Shown here: positions 55,758 through 64,000 of the stretch, piece after piece
How the letters are laid out: each line of letters begins with the position of its first letter
How positions within the stretch are numbered: the stretch's first letter is position 1
NCBI GenBank assembly: GCA_964505265.1
Contig: CAZDGN010000001.1
Span: 22,767-86,766 of the forward strand
DNA from: an uncultured Rickettsia sp.
GTDB lineage: Bacteria > Pseudomonadota > Alphaproteobacteria > Rickettsiales > UBA1997
Reading direction: 5' to 3'
Length of the DNA: 64,000 bases
Made by a program: the position numbers and the translations under genes
The notes under the pieces: generated by a model
The model's database searches: none
What the model was told of the DNA's origin: nothing
Seen by the model: only the letters and a program-made list of their open reading frames with translations

Positions 55758-57023
55758 ATGAAAAATTTATTATATAAAAATTTAAAAAATAAAACCGAAT
55801 TATTTATTGAAAATGTTGCAATCACCGACATTGCCAAGGCGGTTGGCACCCCATTTTATGCCTATTCTAAACTTAGTTTATTTGAAAATTATGAAAGCTT
55901 TGTTGAGGCCTTTGAATTTCATAAAATTTTTAATTACAAAATTTGCTATGCAATAAAGGCTAATTATAATATAAATTTGGTGAAAATTTTAGCCAATCTT
56001 GGTTCCGGAGTTGATGCGGTCTCTGCTGGAGAAATATATCGGGCAATCGAAGCTGGAATTGATCCAAAGAAAATTGTTTTTGCTGGTGTTGGTAAAACTC
56101 GTGAAGATATGATTTTTGCATTTGAAAATGGAGTTGATGAATTTTCGGTAGAATCAGTCGAGGAGATGTTTTTGTTAAATGAAGTTGCTACTAATTTAGG
56201 CAAAATTGCTAAGTTTTCGGTGCGAGTAAATCCTGATGTTGATGCTAAGACCCATGAAAAAATATCCACTGGAAGAAAGGGTGATAAATTTGGCATAGAT
56301 TTTGATAATGCACTGGAAGTTTATAATATCGCTTCAAAATTAAGTGGTTTAAAAATTTATGGAATTGCAATGCATATCGGCTCGCAAATTATTGATTTAA
56401 AGCCTTTTGAAAAAGCATTTTTGAAGTTAAAAAATCTATATAATGACCTTACTAAATTAGGATTTAAAATAAAAAATTTAGATTTTGGTGGTGGCATTGG
56501 AATAAATTATAAAAATGAATCAACCATTGATATTAAAGAATATGTTGGATTGATTAAAAAAATTGTTGCTGATACCGATGTAGCAATCACTATTGCCCCA
56601 GGAAGAGCAATTGTTGGTAATGCAGGTTTGCTAGTTACTAAAACAATTTATCACAAAGAAACTTCAACTAAAAATTTTGTTATAATTGATGGTGCTATCA
56701 ATGATTTAATGCGTCCGGGTTTGTATGGATCTTATCATGAAGTAATTCCTGTAGAAAAAAGACTTTGGCATCATGCCAAATTTGATTTTGCAGGACCAGT
56801 CTGTGAATCTACCGATATTTTAGCCAAAGACCGTGAAATCATTGTGCCAAGGACAGGTGATCTGTTTGCTTTTTTAAGTGCTGGAGCCTATGGCTCATCA
56901 ATGTCTAGTGAATATAATTGTCGGCCATTAATACCTGAAGTTTTGATTGATGATAATCACTTTAAGATTATTCGCAAGCGCCCAACTTTTAAAGAAATGC
57001 TAAGGCTCGAAGAGGTTTTATGA
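55758..57023 (+). CDS. lysA: Diaminopimelate decarboxylase
   Basis: TPFYAYS, PLP-lysine block CYAIKAN, HIGSQI, DFGGGIGI, GPVCES, GAYGSSMSS. Confidence 0.92.
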   Translation: MKNLLYKNLKNKTELFIENVAITDIAKAVGTPFYAYSKLSLFENYESFVEAFEFHKIFNYKICYAIKANYNINLVKILANLGSGVDAVSAGEIYRAIEAGIDPKKIVFAGVGKTREDMIFAFENGVDEFSVESVEEMFLLNEVATNLGKIAKFSVRVNPDVDAKTHEKISTGRKGDKFGIDFDNALEVYNIASKLSGLKIYGIAMHIGSQIIDLKPFEKAFLKLKNLYNDLTKLGFKIKNLDFGGGIGINYKNESTIDIKEYVGLIKKIVADTDVAITIAPGRAIVGNAGLLVTKTIYHKETSTKNFVIIDGAINDLMRPGLYGSYHEVIPVEKRLWHHAKFDFAGPVCESTDILAKDREIIVPRTGDLFAFLSAGAYGSSMSSEYNCRPLIPEVLIDDNHFKIIRKRPTFKEMLRLEEVL

Positions 57024-57559
57024 TGAAAAAAATTTTAATTGCTAAAGTTCTTTCTCCTCATGGTATCAAGGGCGAAGTGAAGATTATTTATTTTGGTGAT
57101 AGCATAAAAAATCTTGAAAAATATCCACTTTATGACCTCAACGACAATGAGTATTTTTTTAAAATCAAAAATTCAGTAAAAACCAGTAAAAGAAATAATG
57201 GTAGTGATGATAAATTTGCTATTGCTACCATTAAAAATATTAACGATAGAAATCAAGCTGAATCATTGCGGGGGCTAGAGATTTTCAGCTATCGAAAGCA
57301 TTTTGCTAAAACTAAAAAAAATGAATTTTACATTAATGATTTAGTGGGTTTAAAAGTATTAAATATGCAGAATCAAGAAATTGGAATTGTGGTAAATGTT
57401 TTAAATAATGCAACTACGGCAATTGAAATTGAATTTTTAGATAATTTTATTCCAAATGGCTTTACTAAAATTTCAAATTTTCCTTTTAAAAACTCCTTCT
57501 TTCCAGAGGTTGATATTGAAAAATCAACTATAAAATTTGACTCACCTGAATTTGTTTAA
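57020..57559 (+). CDS. rimM: 16S rRNA processing protein RimM
   Basis: ILIAKVLSPHGIKGEVKI start and the PRC-barrel C-domain (FYINDLVGLKVLN...EIGIV). 179 aa, with a 4-nt overlap with lysA. Confidence 0.8.
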   Translation: MMKKILIAKVLSPHGIKGEVKIIYFGDSIKNLEKYPLYDLNDNEYFFKIKNSVKTSKRNNGSDDKFAIATIKNINDRNQAESLRGLEIFSYRKHFAKTKKNEFYINDLVGLKVLNMQNQEIGIVVNVLNNATTAIEIEFLDNFIPNGFTKISNFPFKNSFFPEVDIEKSTIKFDSPEFV

Positions 57560-57565
57560 AAATTA

Positions 57566-58894
57566 TTAATTTTTGATTAAAGCTATGTCTTTTCGACAGA
57601 AACCTTCGTCCCAATCGATATTTTTTAAAAATTCATAGGCATTTTTTCTTGCTTCTTCAAGGCTTTTTGCCTTAGAAACTATATTTAAAACCCTTCCACC
57701 TGTTGCCAAAATCTTATTATCTTGAGAAATTGAAGTTCCAGCATGTAAAATATAAACATCGTCATAAATCTTACCTGAAATAGCGATTTTATTGGTTAAG
57801 GCATTTTGTAAATCTTGCAAATTTTTAATTTCAGTATTTTTTTGATAATTTTCAGGATAGCCTTTGGAACAAATCACTACACAAACAAAATGATTATCTT
57901 CATCAAATTTTATTTGATATTCATTTAATTTACCATCAATGGCATAATCAATTAAATCATAAAAATCTGAAGTAATTCTTGGTAAAATCACTTGGGTTTC
58001 GGGGTCGCCAAAACGTGCATTAAATTCCAATAATTTTGGCTCGTTGTGTTCAATCATTAATCCAGCAAATAAAATTCCGGTAAATGGCGTTTGGTTGTTT
58101 TCCATACCTTTTAAGGTCGGCTCAATAATTTTTTTTATAATTTTTGTTTCTAAATCTTGATTAATTAAAGGTGAGGGGCTGTAAGTGCCCATTCCACCTG
58201 TGTTTAAACCAGTTTCACCTTCACCAACTTTTTTGTGATCATGGGCAAAACCAAGAGGTAAATAATTTTTTCCGTCGCAAATAACGAAATAGCTAGCTTC
58301 GAAACCGCGTAAAAATTCCTCAATAATAATTTTTTTTCCAGCTTCGCCAAATTTTCCCAAAAAAATTTCTGTAATATTATTTTGGGCATCTAAAAGATTA
58401 TCGACAATAATTACACCTTTTCCAGATGCTAATCCATCGGCTTTGATAACGCAAGGGAAGCCAATTTTTTTAATAAATTCAAGAGCGGAATTGGTTTCGC
58501 AAAAGGTTTGATATTGTGCGGTTGGAACATTATTTTTCTTGGCAATTTCTTTCATAAAAATTTTGGAAGCTTCGATTTGTGAAGCTTGCTTGGATGGTCC
58601 AAAACATCGAATGTTTTTGTCTCGCAAAAAATCGCTCAAACCTTCAACCAAAGGTTGTTCAGGACCAATAAAGACCATATCAATTTGTTGATCTAAACAA
58701 AAATTAGCAATTTCTAAATGCTGATTTGGCTTGATGTAAGAAATAATTTCGGCATCATCTTGAATTCCTGCATTACCATTTAAAGCAAAAATTTTTGTTG
58801 AATATTTTGAGTTTCTAAAAGCTTTGCAAATAGCATGTTCTCTACCACCGGAACCTATTAATAAAATTTTTTTAAGATTTTTTGAACTTGTCAT
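57566..58894 (-). CDS. purD: Phosphoribosylamine-glycine ligase
   Basis: ILLIGSGGREHAI, FIGPEQPLVEGL, IKADGLASGKGV, EEFLRGFEASYF, GPNTGGMG-type block (LNTGGMGTYSP), EFNARFGDPE. Confidence 0.93.
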   Translation of the reverse strand: MTSSKNLKKILLIGSGGREHAICKAFRNSKYSTKIFALNGNAGIQDDAEIISYIKPNQHLEIANFCLDQQIDMVFIGPEQPLVEGLSDFLRDKNIRCFGPSKQASQIEASKIFMKEIAKKNNVPTAQYQTFCETNSALEFIKKIGFPCVIKADGLASGKGVIIVDNLLDAQNNITEIFLGKFGEAGKKIIIEEFLRGFEASYFVICDGKNYLPLGFAHDHKKVGEGETGLNTGGMGTYSPSPLINQDLETKIIKKIIEPTLKGMENNQTPFTGILFAGLMIEHNEPKLLEFNARFGDPETQVILPRITSDFYDLIDYAIDGKLNEYQIKFDEDNHFVCVVICSKGYPENYQKNTEIKNLQDLQNALTNKIAISGKIYDDVYILHAGTSISQDNKILATGGRVLNIVSKAKSLEEARKNAYEFLKNIDWDEGFCRKDIALIKN

Positions 58895-58983
58895 TTTTAA
58901 AATTAAATATACTTTTTGATTTTGAAATTTTTATTTGGTAAAATAAATCTTAATTAATTTTTTTTTAAATAAAATTCTTTTTT

Positions 58984-59643
58984 ATGGACTTAAAAGAACA
59001 TACCGTCAAATCATATGACAAAGATTTGCAGTCGATTGTTGGAACTCTTGAAACTATGGTAGAAATGGTCAACGAATCGATTGATATGGTTGCTCAAATG
59101 ATACAAACCCGCGATAATTCCTTAATTGAAAAAATCACCGCCCATGATTATAAAATTAATTCCTTAGATCATTTAATTGAAAAGAAGGTAACGGCAATTT
59201 TGGCTTTGCGTCAACCAATGGCAGTTGATTTGCGTTTCACAATTTCTTCTTTAAAAGTTTCTTCAAATCTTGAAAGATCAGGCGATCAATCCAAAAGTAT
59301 TATCAAAAAAATTGCTAGAATTGGTATTGAATCACTTGATCCAAGGGTTGAAAAGGCTCTACTCGATATGATAAATCTTACAAAAATTATGGTTAAAGAG
59401 GCGATTATTGCTTTCAATAATCATAATTTAGAGCTTGCCAAGATTGTTTTAGCTCAAGATGATGAAATTGATGCTATTTACAGTAATTTATTTACAATTA
59501 TCGACCAAGAAAGTTTTAGTAAGGAAGAGGTTCAGCGTATCACTAATATTCTGTTTATCGCTAAAAGCTTTGAAAGATTGGCGGATCACTCAACTAATAT
59601 TGCGGAAATTGCTGGTTTTGTGGTAACTGGAGAAATTAAATAA
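58984..59643 (+). CDS. phoU: Phosphate signalling regulator PhoU
   Basis: Two PhoU repeats, each ending in an E(R/S)xGD-type motif ([12 protein letters not shown] and [13 protein letters not shown]). 219 aa. Confidence 0.85.
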   Translation: MDLKEHTVKSYDKDLQSIVGTLETMVEMVNESIDMVAQMIQTRDNSLIEKITAHDYKINSLDHLIEKKVTAILALRQPMAVDLRFTISSLKVSSNLERSGDQSKSIIKKIARIGIESLDPRVEKALLDMINLTKIMVKEAIIAFNNHNLELAKIVLAQDDEIDAIYSNLFTIIDQESFSKEEVQRITNILFIAKSFERLADHSTNIAEIAGFVVTGEIK

Positions 59644-59644
59644 T

Positions 59645-60625
59645 ATGCTTACGCGCGAAGAAAAAAAGGAAATAGGTCAAATAGCTAAAAAAGACAATAA
59701 GGATTTACTTAATTTTGCTGAAAATTTTCCAAAAGAAAAAATGGAAAGAAAACCTGATTGGATTAGGGTTAAAGCCCCAACTTCTAAGGGCTATAAGGAA
59801 ACAAAAGCATTGTTGAATGAAAAAAAATTGCACACAGTTTGTGAAGAAGCGGCATGTCCAAATATCGGTGAATGCTGGGAGCAAAAACATGCAACGGTAA
59901 TGATTTTAGGTTCAGTTTGCACCAGAGCCTGTTCATTTTGTAATATTGAAACTGGCAAGCCTGATGTGGTCAATCCGCATGAACCAGATAATGTTGGCGA
60001 TGTTGCCAAATTTTCTAATTTAAAGCATATTGTAATAACTTCAGTTGACCGTGATGACTTAGCCGATGGCGGTGCAATGCAGTTTGTTAAATGTATCGAA
60101 AATGTTAGAAAAAAATCTCCACAAACTACCATAGAAATTTTAACTCCAGATTTTTTACGAAAAAATGGGGCCTTAGAAATGGTGGTTGAATCTAAGCCAG
60201 ATGTGTTTAATCATAATATAGAAACTGTGCCGAGTCTTTATACATCAATTCGTCCAGGAGCTAGATATTTTCATTCATTGTGGCTATTAAAAAGAGTTAA
60301 AGAATTGGATCCAACAATTTTTACTAAGTCGGGTTTGATGGTTGGTCTTGGTGAAACTAGGGAGCAAGTTCTTCAGGTAATGGATGATATGCGTTGTGCT
60401 GATATTGATTTTTTAACTATTGGACAATATCTTCGACCAACTATTCGCCATGCCCCAGTTGATAGATATGTTCACCCCGATGAATTTAATTTTTATCAAA
60501 AAATGGCTTATAATAAGGGTTTTTTAATGGTTTCCGCCAGCCCATTGACTCGTTCTTCATATCATGCCGGAGAAGATTTTGAAAAAATGCGCAGAGAAAG
60601 AATGCTAAACTCCAAAAATAATTGA
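59645..60625 (+). CDS. lipA: Lipoyl synthase
   Basis: [17 protein letters not shown] (auxiliary cluster), [10 protein letters not shown] (radical SAM CxxxCxxC), [22 protein letters not shown]. Confidence 0.93.
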   Translation: MLTREEKKEIGQIAKKDNKDLLNFAENFPKEKMERKPDWIRVKAPTSKGYKETKALLNEKKLHTVCEEAACPNIGECWEQKHATVMILGSVCTRACSFCNIETGKPDVVNPHEPDNVGDVAKFSNLKHIVITSVDRDDLADGGAMQFVKCIENVRKKSPQTTIEILTPDFLRKNGALEMVVESKPDVFNHNIETVPSLYTSIRPGARYFHSLWLLKRVKELDPTIFTKSGLMVGLGETREQVLQVMDDMRCADIDFLTIGQYLRPTIRHAPVDRYVHPDEFNFYQKMAYNKGFLMVSASPLTRSSYHAGEDFEKMRRERMLNSKNN

Positions 60626-60645
60626 AAAATTATTTTAAATTTAAA

Positions 60646-62076
60646 CTATTTTAAATTTAAAACGACGGCAAAATTATTTTCATTTCTTTTAACAAATAAG
60701 AATGCTTTTTTGTTTTTTTGCGAAGCATCGCGAATAATTTCTTTAAAACCATCAATTGAATTTACAGGAATTTGATTGACCGATAAAATAATATCGCCAG
60801 ATATTAGACCTTTATCGAAAGCTTCGGATTTTGGGGTTATATCGTTAATTACTAAACCCTCGATGTTATTGCTACGATATTCATTTAAGGTTAAACCCAA
60901 AAATTGAGGGTTAACCATAGGTTTTTTGTCAATGGAGCGATTTTCGGTTTTTTTAATTTCAATCTTCTCATCTTCTTTTGCTCTTTCAATCATAAGATTT
61001 AAAATCTTAATTTTTCCTTGTCTCCAGATATGAACTTTGACATATTTGCCAATTGGAGTTTTGGCAACAATTTTTGGCAACGACCTCATATCTTCAACAT
61101 CTTGCTCATCAAATTTAATGATGATGTCAGTGGGAATAATGCCAGCTTTATCTGATGGTCCGCCATTGGCAACATCGCTAACGAAGGCACCACGAACACG
61201 ATCAAGTCTCAGTGAATCCGCTAAATCATCAGTTACATCTTGAACGGAAATTCCAATCCAACCGCGAGAAACTTCGCCAATATCACGAAGCTGACGAATG
61301 ATTTGAATTGCATTTGATGATGGTGTGGCAAATCCGATGCCAACACTGCCACCAGATGGTGAAAAAATTGACGAGCTAATACCAATTACTTCACCCTTAA
61401 TATTGAAAAGAGGTCCACCAGAATTACCTTTGTTAATTGAGGCATCGGTTTGAATAAAGTCGTCAAGTTGACCGTTATTTATATCGCGACCACGAGCAGA
61501 GATAATGCCAGTAGAAACTGAACCGCCGAGACCATAAGGATTGCCAATTACAATAGTCCAATCACCAATTCTTGCTTTGTTGGAATCGCCAAAACGAGCA
61601 AATTTTAATTCTTTGTTGGTGGAAATTTTTAGTAAAGCTAAATCGGTTTTTTTGTCAATGCCAATTATTTTGGCTTTGTATTTAGATCCATCAAAAAGAT
61701 TAACATTGATATCGTTAGAATCTTCGATTACGTGACCGTTAGTTACGATATAACCATCGGCTGATATTAAAAAACCTGAACCAATTGAAGAGATTTTTGC
61801 TCTGGTGTCAATATCTTTTTTATCGAAAGATCTTGAAGAATTAATGCCGTATTCTTCCTCAATAATAGATTTATAGCTCGAATCTTGAGATGAAGAGATG
61901 TTAACAACTGTTGGTAGTAACTCTTCTACGATGTCAGCAAAGCCATCAAACCCAATATTTTTTTGGGCAGATAATTGATAACTTCGATTTATTTTGTTGT
62001 TTTGTGAATAACTGTTAATTGTGATTAATGATAAAGCTAAAATAAAAAAAATTTTTAATGAAAAGGAGGTTTTCAT
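60646..62076 (-). CDS. degP: Periplasmic serine endoprotease DegP/HtrA (Do family, two PDZ domains)
   Basis: Signal peptide, then GSGFLIS..GYIVTNGHV (His), DLALLKI (Asp), GNSGGPLFN (Ser), and two PDZ-like regions. Confidence 0.9.
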   Translation of the reverse strand: MKTSFSLKIFFILALSLITINSYSQNNKINRSYQLSAQKNIGFDGFADIVEELLPTVVNISSSQDSSYKSIIEEEYGINSSRSFDKKDIDTRAKISSIGSGFLISADGYIVTNGHVIEDSNDINVNLFDGSKYKAKIIGIDKKTDLALLKISTNKELKFARFGDSNKARIGDWTIVIGNPYGLGGSVSTGIISARGRDINNGQLDDFIQTDASINKGNSGGPLFNIKGEVIGISSSIFSPSGGSVGIGFATPSSNAIQIIRQLRDIGEVSRGWIGISVQDVTDDLADSLRLDRVRGAFVSDVANGGPSDKAGIIPTDIIIKFDEQDVEDMRSLPKIVAKTPIGKYVKVHIWRQGKIKILNLMIERAKEDEKIEIKKTENRSIDKKPMVNPQFLGLTLNEYRSNNIEGLVINDITPKSEAFDKGLISGDIILSVNQIPVNSIDGFKEIIRDASQKNKKAFLFVKRNENNFAVVLNLK

Positions 62077-62080
62077 GAAT

Positions 62081-62944
62081 TTAGTTTTTTGAGTTATTGA
62101 AATATTTAAAAAAGTTGTTGTCTTGCGATATGATCATTTTGGTGTTATTGTTTCCAAGTGCAATTTTATATGCACTCATAGAGCGATAAAAATCAGCAAA
62201 TTCTGGGTCTTTACCTAATGAGCTTGCATAAATTTTATTGGCTTGACTTTCGCCATTACCACGAACAATATCGGCATTTTTTTTGGCTTCAGCAAGTATT
62301 ATGGTTCTCTGTTTATTGGCCTCAGCACGAATTTTGTCTGCCTCTTCGGCACCTTTGGCTCGAATTTCTCTAGCTTCCTTTTCACGTTCAGTTTGCATTC
62401 TAGCATAAATTGCATCAGAGTTTTCTTTTGGCAAATCTGCTCTCATTATTCTTACATCAATAATATTAATTCCAAAAATTTTTGATGAATTGCCCACAGC
62501 TTCTTTAATTTTTTTCATAATATCGCCACGATTTTCCGTGAGAAGCTCGTTGAGATTAACCTCCCCAATAACTTGACGAAGGCTAGAATCAAGGATACCA
62601 GATAATTTATTGGATAAGCCAAAGGAGCTACCAACGGTTGTATAAAATTTTAGAGGGTCAATTATTTGAAATTTGGTATAAGCATTTATGATTAATCTTT
62701 TTTGGTCGGAGGCAATTACTTCTTGTTCAGGAAGTGATAAGTCAATAATCCTTTTTTCAAAAAAAACGGTATTTTGAATAAAGGGAAGTTTAAATTTAAT
62801 ACCTGGAGAGCTTATTACTCTAATCGGTTCACCAAATTGAAGAATTAGCACTTGCTGTCTTTGATCAACTGTAAATAATGAGCTTTGTAAAACTATTGCC
62901 AAAGCTGTTAATAATATTAAATATTTTTTAATGTTTTTGCCCAT
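62081..62944 (-). CDS. hflC: Protease modulator HflC
   Basis: N-terminal anchor, FTVDQRQQVLILQFGE, an SPFH domain, and AEGEA-type coiled region (RAKGAEEADKIRAEA). It lies next to hflK. Confidence 0.88.
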   Translation of the reverse strand: MGKNIKKYLILLTALAIVLQSSLFTVDQRQQVLILQFGEPIRVISSPGIKFKLPFIQNTVFFEKRIIDLSLPEQEVIASDQKRLIINAYTKFQIIDPLKFYTTVGSSFGLSNKLSGILDSSLRQVIGEVNLNELLTENRGDIMKKIKEAVGNSSKIFGINIIDVRIMRADLPKENSDAIYARMQTEREKEAREIRAKGAEEADKIRAEANKQRTIILAEAKKNADIVRGNGESQANKIYASSLGKDPEFADFYRSMSAYKIALGNNNTKMIISQDNNFFKYFNNSKN

Positions 62945-62946
62945 AA

Positions 62947-64000
62947 TTATTTACTTGTTTGATTATTTTTTTTACTAATTTCATTAAGTGGAAAATAAGG
63001 CATAACTCCACCAGATTGTGAATTTTTGTCGATATAAATTTTATCGGCATCGCCGTAAATTTTTTCCATCGTTTCAAGATAAATTCTTCTTTTTGTTACT
63101 TGCTTTGCTTTACTATACTCGTTGTAAACTGCCAAAAATCTTGAGGCTTCACCTTGAGCATTAGCAACTACTTGTTTGGCATAAGCTTCGGCTTCTTCTT
63201 TCATTTGTGAGGCAGTTCCGCGAGCTCTAGGAATAATATCGTTGGAAAAGGCTTGAGCTTCATTAATCTCTTTTTCTTTATCAGCTTTTGCGGTTTGAAC
63301 ATCGCGAAAAGCATCAATTACTTGTTCAGGCGGATCAACTCTGCGGAGTTGAACCAAAACAATTCTTACCCCTGCCTTGTATGAATCTAAAATTTCTTGA
63401 AGTAAGTTTTTTGCATCTTGTTCAATTTGCATTTTACCATCAGATAATGCTTGAGCAATCGGAGTTCTAGCTATAATTTCGCGCATCGCACTTTCTGCCG
63501 ATTTACGAATTGATTGATTAGGTTCAGCAATGTTGAAAACAAAATCTTTGATATCGGCAATTTGCCATTGAATTTGAAATTGAATATCGACGATGTTTTC
63601 ATCGCCAGTTAACATTAAGCTTTCAGCATTAAAATTGCGACCATATTTGTCTTGGTTTTTCTTGTTAGATGAAAAACCAAATTCCTCGGTATTTACATTG
63701 GTTACACTTTTTTTAATTACTTGCCCAAATGGGAATGGAATATGATAATTTAGTCCGGGATCGGTAATTTTATAAAATTTACCAAAATATAAGGTAACCG
63801 CATTTTCATCTGGTTCAACTTTATAAAAACCAAAACTTAAATAGATTAGTAAAATCACTAAAGCTATAAGTCCGATTCCAGATTTGGGGGTGTTTTGTTG
63901 ATATTTATCATCGTAAAATTTTTTGAAAAAGTTTGAAACATTTTCAAAAAATTTATCTAAGAAATCCTTTCCATCATTGTTTTTATCAGGTTTATTTTTT
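62947..64000 (-). CDS. hflK: Protease modulator HflK (N-terminus runs off the right edge)
   Basis: SPFH domain (FYKVEPDENAVTLYFGKF...). My own translation shows the frame stays open from 63858 to 63999 (KNKPDKNNDGKDFLDKFFENVSNFFKKFYDDKYQQNTPKSGIGLIALVILL) with no in-frame ATG. The GTG start in the ORF track is therefore probably internal. Confidence 0.85.
   Translation of the reverse strand, partial: KNKPDKNNDGKDFLDKFFENVSNFFKKFYDDKYQQNTPKSGIGLIALVILLIYLSFGFYKVEPDENAVTLYFGKFYKITDPGLNYHIPFPFGQVIKKSVTNVNTEEFGFSSNKKNQDKYGRNFNAESLMLTGDENIVDIQFQIQWQIADIKDFVFNIAEPNQSIRKSAESAMREIIARTPIAQALSDGKMQIEQDAKNLLQEILDSYKAGVRIVLVQLRRVDPPEQVIDAFRDVQTAKADKEKEINEAQAFSNDIIPRARGTASQMKEEAEAYAKQVVANAQGEASRFLAVYNEYSKAKQVTKRRIYLETMEKIYGDADKIYIDKNSQSGGVMPYFPLNEISKKNNQTSK

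Noticed and set aside
1-64000. An alternative genetic code (TGA read as Trp), suspected because of the very low GC content.
   Set aside because: TGA clearly terminates family-length proteins: the acyltransferase at 624-626 and the methyltransferase at 10367-10369, both in ATGA junctions. No conserved gene is interrupted by in-frame TGA. The standard bacterial code fits.

Overview
This is an AT-rich window (roughly 25-30% G+C by eye) that is very gene-dense. Many gene junctions overlap by 1-35 nt, often as ATGA or TAATG. The gene content looks alphaproteobacterial (LpxI, IalB-like protein, HflK-HflC-DegP) and the streamlined layout resembles free-living marine SAR11/Pelagibacterales genomes; that taxonomic call is inference only.

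The window has two parts.

(1) Positions 1-30287 form a mosaic surface-glycan or glycosylation island. The four dTDP-L-rhamnose genes sit at its two ends: rfbB and rfbC on the left, rfbD and rfbA on the right. Between them are 10 glycosyltransferase genes (11 GT domains), 3 DegT-family aminotransferases, an FdtA/QdtA-like ketoisomerase, WecE, Ugd, a UDP-xylose synthase, two epimerases, hexapeptide and GNAT acyltransferases, a methyltransferase, a membrane O-acyltransferase, a decayed MBOAT relic and several proteins with no textbook role. I saw no flippase, polymerase, ABC exporter or initiating phosphoglycosyltransferase.

(2) Positions 30427-64000 are core housekeeping genes: cmk, purH, pepF, rpsB, tsf, sppA, an MFS transporter, leuC, a YmdB-like protein, yebC, an envelope-lipid block (IalB-like / EptA-like / membrane-anchored Cys-phosphatase), ispB, cca, lpxI, an SDR, obg, an OYE reductase, a CPA2 antiporter, a PAP2 phosphatase, a NusB-like protein, only the N-terminal half of carB, lysA, rimM, purD, phoU, lipA, degP, hflC and hflK.

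I found no rRNA, tRNA, CRISPR array, transposase, integrase or phage gene by eye.

The best candidates for something undescribed are:
- the tightly coupled FdtA-like / methyltransferase / acyltransferase / beta-propeller / FemAB-like / CgeB-like block (9226-14320);
- the WecE / GT41-like / GNAT / GT-D / DUF1796-like block, which looks like a protein-glycosylation toolkit (20989-25653);
- the IalB-like / EptA-like / MptpB-type phosphatase operon (42354-45137);
- a clean split of carB at the domain boundary (54105-55754).

All family assignments come from motif and sequence recognition without database searches. Coordinates come from the ORF track, with manual start-codon checks where stated.
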